From positions 1-32,000 of the forward strand of contig JASBSB010000003.1 in NCBI GenBank assembly GCA_030149205.1: DNA of 32,000 nt. Direction: 5' to 3'. Position numbers and translations under genes: made by a program. The notes below the pieces were generated by a model. That model saw only the letters and a program-made list of their open reading frames with translations. It did not search any database and was not told the origin of the DNA. How positions within the stretch are numbered: position 1 is the first letter of the stretch; each line of letters starts with the position of its first letter. Source of the stretch: Candidatus Heimdallarchaeota archaeon (GTDB taxonomy: Archaea; Asgardarchaeota; Heimdallarchaeia; Heimdallarchaeales; Kariarchaeaceae). This document shows, piece after piece, positions 27,149 through 32,000 of this stretch.

Positions 27149-29539
27149 TCAGGGAGTTCTCTTCAGTAATCCTTTCTTGTACAAAATCGCAATCACAGCA
27201 CCTAGTGAGACAACACCAAGACCAATACCACCATACAACAAGAGATTAGAATCTATCCCTGAACCGCTAGCGGGAACTGTATTTGTGTTTTGTGAAACTT
27301 TGGAATATAATGATATATCATTTATTTTTAGAGGGTTCACTAAAAATGCACCTAAGGACTGATAGGATATTGGAACAAGCTCTACACTCAAAGTTCCATT
27401 CTTTGTATTTCCACCAACCCCAAGGTTAATCTGAAGTGATACTGCTATATTTGACAACATTGCTGTGTTAAATTCTAAAACAGTCTCATAATATGTGAAA
27501 TTATTTTCAACCACCATTGTTCCTGTGATACCACTAAACCAGCTTTGGCTACCACTTACAAGAAGATTAAGTGTTGAAGACATATTTTGGATCTTTATTT
27601 TAAGATAATACCCCGAATCTGAAGTTTTGAGATTAAATAGATAAAATATCGTAGTTTTAGTTTTGTTCAAGAATTCAGATAGCCCATTTGTTAAATCCAT
27701 TTCTTTGTAAGTTTTTAGATCAGTTGTCTGTTTTGCAAAGTAATTGTATCTTCTAAGGCTTATTGATGAGGAAGCTGCTGGATCATTCGTTTTTGTAACC
27801 GTCGGTGTTATCTGAGTAGAGTTCCACTTGGTATTTCCAGTCTCTTGAATCCGGATCAGGTTTCCTCGCAAATTAAATGAACTAGTTAAACTGGTCGAAC
27901 CAAACTCTGTAGAATTGTTTTGGACAAAGTTGGGGTTGTTTTTGTTCGCATACTGATCATAAGTCGCTGAATGAGCAATTCTACGACTTCCATCCAAGCT
28001 GTACAAGTCAAAGGTATAACTTACACTCATGTTTAAGTGATCTAAGTAAGTCACATTGAATCTGTCTTTAGTTGCAAAGTTTGTTGGTAAGAAGATGTAC
28101 TTAATCTGTTGGTATTTGGTTGAAACTGTTACAGATGACCCTTGAAACACTGTAGAAAGGCCAAAAACACTAAATCTAAATGAGCTTGACCCGTCCATCT
28201 TGTTATCATACACTCTTAAAAGATAATTGCCAGCAGGTAAAACTATTGGTTTGTCTGTTCTTGAGTTTAGCACATCGTTGGAAATGTAAGATAGAGTAAA
28301 CTGTGGGGTTTTACCAGATAAATCAATTACATCAATGTAAACTCTATCAGTACCATTAAGACCCAATACCACTTGACTGGTTGTTGAAAATCTAAACAAA
28401 TTACCAACAGGGGTTCCAAATGGTTGTACAGTAGTATCAAGATTGGGGACAATTTGCGGGATTTCCAGAAATGAACCCCAAAATGAATATTGTACATCGA
28501 ATCCTTTTGGTAAACCTAATTTAGCCTTCTCTGATGCAATGAATGGGTCTTTCTCATTAGGTGGTGTAATGACAATTGACACATATACCGGTTGATCATT
28601 TGAGGTTGTTTCTGTTCGAGGCAATGAAGCACCAAAAACATATTGGTGTCCAACAAATACTCTCATCCTGATATTTCCCATCAAATTCACAGACCTTGCA
28701 TAAACCTCTAATTCCTGATTTACAAAGGTTGTGCCTCCTAATTTGACCTCATAAAGTGAGTTAGCTTTGCTGGAATTGGAAGGCAGTAGACGGAACGTTT
28801 TGATTGTGGTCTTTGTACCAGTTAAACTTTCTAAAAACCCACCTTGTGTATCCGTTATTTTGAGATTGGTGTATACGGCAAAACTCGAAAAAATTAAACT
28901 GGAACCAGATCGAATCTGAAGAATGTGTGAACCGTTTTCAGGACCAACAAAGGTAAGAAATTCGTCAATCAGGGTAGCATATGATCGAGTTGTTGAACTA
29001 CTCACTCCAGATGGAGAAACTACTGTAAACGTAATTGAGACCGATGTACCTGAAGAAACAAGGTGAAATCCAATTCCATAAAGCATGTTTTGCGTCAGAT
29101 TAAGTTTGACATTATAAGTAGTAGATGGACTTATTGGAACGTCAATGAGCGAATCCACAGATGTGTTCACATTGTTTAAGTTGTAATAAGATGCGGAATA
29201 GGACAACTTCATTGGTTCATTTGACCGATTACTAAACTGTAGGTATTGATCTGTCAGACTTTTCCTTACATTTGGTTGTACATTTGAACTTACTAAGTTC
29301 CTTGAAGTTTGATCTGTGGAATACAAGTTGTACTGGGTCTGTGTTGACCAAATTTGACCTCCCAACTTGTCAAATATTGGATCATTCATTAGGTAAATAT
29401 CGTTACCTTTAGCAGAATTAAGATTTCCATTCACAATCTTTAATTCGGGTACCGTTAATTTCCCATCTGCCTGCGATTGAGGAAAGAGAGAGATTAACAG
29501 AATAAATACTGTTAAGAAAAGAAACAAAGATTTCTTCAT
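27149..29539 (-). CDS. Large cell-surface (glyco)protein, beta-rich, with signal peptide and C-terminal anchor
   Basis: Signal peptide ending near SQA|D; S/T/N-rich; about 15 N-X-S/T sequons; no Cys seen; C-terminal TM helix followed by KKGLLKR. Confidence 0.85.
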   Translation of the reverse strand: MKKSLFLFLTVFILLISLFPQSQADGKLTVPELKIVNGNLNSAKGNDIYLMNDPIFDKLGGQIWSTQTQYNLYSTDQTSRNLVSSNVQPNVRKSLTDQYLQFSNRSNEPMKLSYSASYYNLNNVNTSVDSLIDVPISPSTTYNVKLNLTQNMLYGIGFHLVSSGTSVSITFTVVSPSGVSSSTTRSYATLIDEFLTFVGPENGSHILQIRSGSSLIFSSFAVYTNLKITDTQGGFLESLTGTKTTIKTFRLLPSNSSKANSLYEVKLGGTTFVNQELEVYARSVNLMGNIRMRVFVGHQYVFGASLPRTETTSNDQPVYVSIVITPPNEKDPFIASEKAKLGLPKGFDVQYSFWGSFLEIPQIVPNLDTTVQPFGTPVGNLFRFSTTSQVVLGLNGTDRVYIDVIDLSGKTPQFTLSYISNDVLNSRTDKPIVLPAGNYLLRVYDNKMDGSSSFRFSVFGLSTVFQGSSVTVSTKYQQIKYIFLPTNFATKDRFNVTYLDHLNMSVSYTFDLYSLDGSRRIAHSATYDQYANKNNPNFVQNNSTEFGSTSLTSSFNLRGNLIRIQETGNTKWNSTQITPTVTKTNDPAASSSISLRRYNYFAKQTTDLKTYKEMDLTNGLSEFLNKTKTTIFYLFNLKTSDSGYYLKIKIQNMSSTLNLLVSGSQSWFSGITGTMVVENNFTYYETVLEFNTAMLSNIAVSLQINLGVGGNTKNGTLSVELVPISYQSLGAFLVNPLKINDISLYSKVSQNTNTVPASGSGIDSNLLLYGGIGLGVVSLGAVIAILYKKGLLKRTP

Positions 29540-29561
29540 TGAGTGTTGTATCGTATTTTCA

Positions 29562-29569
29562 TTATAAAA
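29562..29569 (-). promoter_or_regulatory. Archaeal TATA box for the surface-protein gene
   Basis: TTTTATAA on the minus strand ending 22 nt upstream of the ATG at 29539, consistent with a leaderless transcript. Confidence 0.4.
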
Positions 29570-29683
29570 TCAATGTAAGATAAATTAATTTTCTGATTAT
29601 TTTATATCAATTATATTTCTAAAAATATGGTAATTTATCAATTTGTTCAACTGAAATAGAGTTAACTAAATCTTTATCTACAA

Positions 29684-30799
29684 ATGGAATCAATTTACAT
29701 TATGACGGTGTTAGATGACATATACTCTCAACTTCTCTCAGCTTATAATTATTTAAATGTTACATCAGTTGCTGGAAACACTTACTTAGATTACACTATC
29801 GCATTCGGAATATTTCTGCTTCTGATTATTCTTCAATACTTTGGATTATTATTTATAAAGAGGTTCATTCGATTAACATTTAAGAAAAACCAGTACTTAG
29901 AGAATTTTGATTTAAATATTTTGGACTCATATGGTCTAAGTCAGATTCTTTATGTCTCACTCTATGTTGCCCTACAAAACCTTACATTGAGTTTACTTAT
30001 CTCTCAGGGTCTTTTAATAGGATTGATATTAATATTAATTTATTTTGGTATAAAAGTAAGTTTTGGATTAATTGATTTTTATGCTTCAAGAGAGAGACAA
30101 AAGGTAGATATTGAATCAAGAAATCTTGTTGAGCTCTTTACATTAATTTCAAAAATGACAATTGTCACTTTAATCATTCTATGGGGATTGTCATTAGTAG
30201 GAGTAAACATTACAGTCCTAATTACAAGTTTAGGAATATTCAGTGTTGCTATTGCCTTTGGTGCACAAAATATTATAGCAGACACAATATCTGCACTCCT
30301 TATTCTAATTGACAAACCATTTCAAATTGGTGATTTTGTCTCAATTGGGAATGATTCCGGGACAGTAACAAAAATAGGAACGAGATCAACTAGATTACAA
30401 ACGACCACTGGAAACATGTTAATTATCCCAAATAGAGATGTTTATTCATCCAGGATCAATAATTTTAGACGAATGGACAAGAGGAGAATAATTTACACAG
30501 TAGGGTTATCTTATGATTCTGATGTTAAGAAACTTAAAATGGCTTTACCATTGGTTAAAGAAATAGTTGACAGCCATGAATCAGTTCAGTTTATCAGAGC
30601 CTATTATGTTAATTTTGGTTCGTATACTTTTGATTTACAGTTAACTTATGATATTCTTACTGGTGATTATGAAACCTACTTAAGAGTTCAACAAGAGATA
30701 TTTTTAGATATTCTTGAAAGATTCACAGAGGAAGATATAAACATGCCATATCCCATTCAAGAAGTAAGAATGGCACAATTGAGATCTGAATCTGTGTAA
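29684..30799 (+). CDS. mscS: Small-conductance mechanosensitive channel (MscS family)
   Basis: AIAFGAQNIIADTISA, DKPFQIGDFV, GTVTKIGTRST and LIIPN; extra N-terminal TM helices. Confidence 0.93.
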   Translation: MESIYIMTVLDDIYSQLLSAYNYLNVTSVAGNTYLDYTIAFGIFLLLIILQYFGLLFIKRFIRLTFKKNQYLENFDLNILDSYGLSQILYVSLYVALQNLTLSLLISQGLLIGLILILIYFGIKVSFGLIDFYASRERQKVDIESRNLVELFTLISKMTIVTLIILWGLSLVGVNITVLITSLGIFSVAIAFGAQNIIADTISALLILIDKPFQIGDFVSIGNDSGTVTKIGTRSTRLQTTTGNMLIIPNRDVYSSRINNFRRMDKRRIIYTVGLSYDSDVKKLKMALPLVKEIVDSHESVQFIRAYYVNFGSYTFDLQLTYDILTGDYETYLRVQQEIFLDILERFTEEDINMPYPIQEVRMAQLRSESV

Positions 30800-30835
30800 T
30801 TTTGTCTTTCAACTTGAACAATTTATGAAATCTTC

Positions 30836-31999
30836 TTAATTAAGGAATAATCTACCCTTCTTAACGACAATCATTCCACTTTTAACAACAGCATGATAAT
30901 TACTCATATCTGATAAAACTGAGATGTTATTTAATGGATTTTTCTCTAGGATAACTAGGTCAGCGAGGTTCCCTTCCTTAATTGAACCAATTAATTTGTT
31001 ACCAATTAATTCTGAGGCAATCGATGTTGCTGATTGCAGAGCGCGAATCTCATTCATTCCTAAATCTTTGACATAAGAAATAATTTCTAGATGAGAGGTT
31101 CCATGCGGGTTCCCTGGAACCCCAGCATCAGTTCCACAGGCAATTTTAACGTTTTTCTGAACGGCTACTTTGTGATGTTCTATCATTGCGTTGTCAACTA
31201 AATTCGTCTTTTGCTGAATTTCTGGGGGTAATTGCTTCATTAATTCGGGTTTATCATTGAACTTTGAGGTTTGAGTTGGAACCAAAAAAATACCCTTTGT
31301 TTTCATCTCTTCTAAACTATCCTCACTCACAATACTCCCGTGTTCCACGCTGTCTACACCAGCATCAACAGCATGCTGAATTCCATTTGTGCTATGAGCA
31401 TGAGATGCAACTTTCATTCCTAACCTGTGTGCTTCTGTAACCATTTCTTCCAATTCCTCAGATTTCCAGAGTGTTCTTTCAAGTTGGGATTCTTGGCCGT
31501 GAAGAACACCTCCAGAGGTCATTGTTTTAATGAAGTCAGAGCCCTTGGTTTTTCTGTCTCTGACAGCTTCAATCACCCCATTTTTTCCTGCAAGGACTCG
31601 ACCTTCCTCTACAAACTTAGCTAGGTATCGTGGTCCAAAAAATTCTTGATTCCCCCATTGAGAAATAGGCTTTTGAGCAACATACAGATTTGGACCAACC
31701 AAAGTTCCATTATTTATTGAGTGCTTTAAAGGGGAACCCCAGTCAGCTCCTCCACAATCTCGTAATGTGGTGAATCCAGTTCTCAAATGGCGAAGAGAGT
31801 TATTATAGGCAACATAATATTCTGCCCCTTGTTTTTTCCGCATTAATTCTTTTGCCCAATCCACCTCAGATGAACTTTCAAGGTGAACATGACAATCAAT
31901 AAATCCAGGAAAAATGAATTTCTCAGATAAATCGATTTCTTTGTTTGTATCATTAAGATCTGTTGAATCACTATTTGAAATGTTTGTTATTTTTGTTCC
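30836..31999 (-). CDS. Metal-dependent amidohydrolase (Xaa-Pro dipeptidase-like), 5' end beyond the window
   Basis: Reading the frame past the listed start at 31864 gives ...IDLSEKFIFPGFIDCHVHLESS..., open to the window edge. Also GFTTLRDCG, IKTMTSGGV, SHAH, VEHG and GTDAG. Confidence 0.92.
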   Translation of the reverse strand, partial: GTKITNISNSDSTDLNDTNKEIDLSEKFIFPGFIDCHVHLESSSEVDWAKELMRKKQGAEYYVAYNNSLRHLRTGFTTLRDCGGADWGSPLKHSINNGTLVGPNLYVAQKPISQWGNQEFFGPRYLAKFVEEGRVLAGKNGVIEAVRDRKTKGSDFIKTMTSGGVLHGQESQLERTLWKSEELEEMVTEAHRLGMKVASHAHSTNGIQHAVDAGVDSVEHGSIVSEDSLEEMKTKGIFLVPTQTSKFNDKPELMKQLPPEIQQKTNLVDNAMIEHHKVAVQKNVKIACGTDAGVPGNPHGTSHLEIISYVKDLGMNEIRALQSATSIASELIGNKLIGSIKEGNLADLVILEKNPLNNISVLSDMSNYHAVVKSGMIVVKKGRLFLN

Positions 32000-32000
32000 C

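Noticed and set aside
30836-31864. Amidohydrolase as a pseudogene lacking its HxH metal motif
   Set aside because: The frame stays open to the window edge and contains PGFIDCHVHL; the gene is simply cut by the window.

Overview
Gene-dense, AT-rich (about one-third GC by eye) prokaryotic window with 28 supportable CDS. No rRNA, tRNA, CRISPR array or transposase gene was seen. The gene content suggests an Asgard archaeon, probably Heimdallarchaeia-like (inference, not a database result): a Rab-like small GTPase with no prenylation tail, archaeal-style pyrB-pyrI, an archaeal-type prenyl synthase, TATA-box promoters and several surface proteins with a C-terminal TM helix plus basic tail. Housekeeping genes: a split pyrimidine cluster (pyrF, pyrE, pyrC, pyrB, pyrI), thimet-type oligopeptidase, CPA1 antiporter, ABC-2 exporter, DUF58, NADP-type glutamate dehydrogenase, a PRTase, MscS and an amidohydrolase cut by the right edge. 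Best leads: (1) a 1000-aa protein with an N-terminal longin-like domain; (2) a Rab-like GTPase with His at the catalytic Gln (Ras Q61) position, divergent from a tubby/LURP-like beta-barrel protein, and possibly one module with the longin protein; (3) an ArcE-type arginine synthetase homologue likely to be mislabelled cDPG synthetase; (4) a prenyl synthase with Ser at the chain-length position; (5) PyrI with His-to-Arg in the allosteric DHI motif; (6) a tandem-hairpin element at 81-151 resembling IS200/IS605 ends. All family calls come from motif recognition by eye, and no searches were run.
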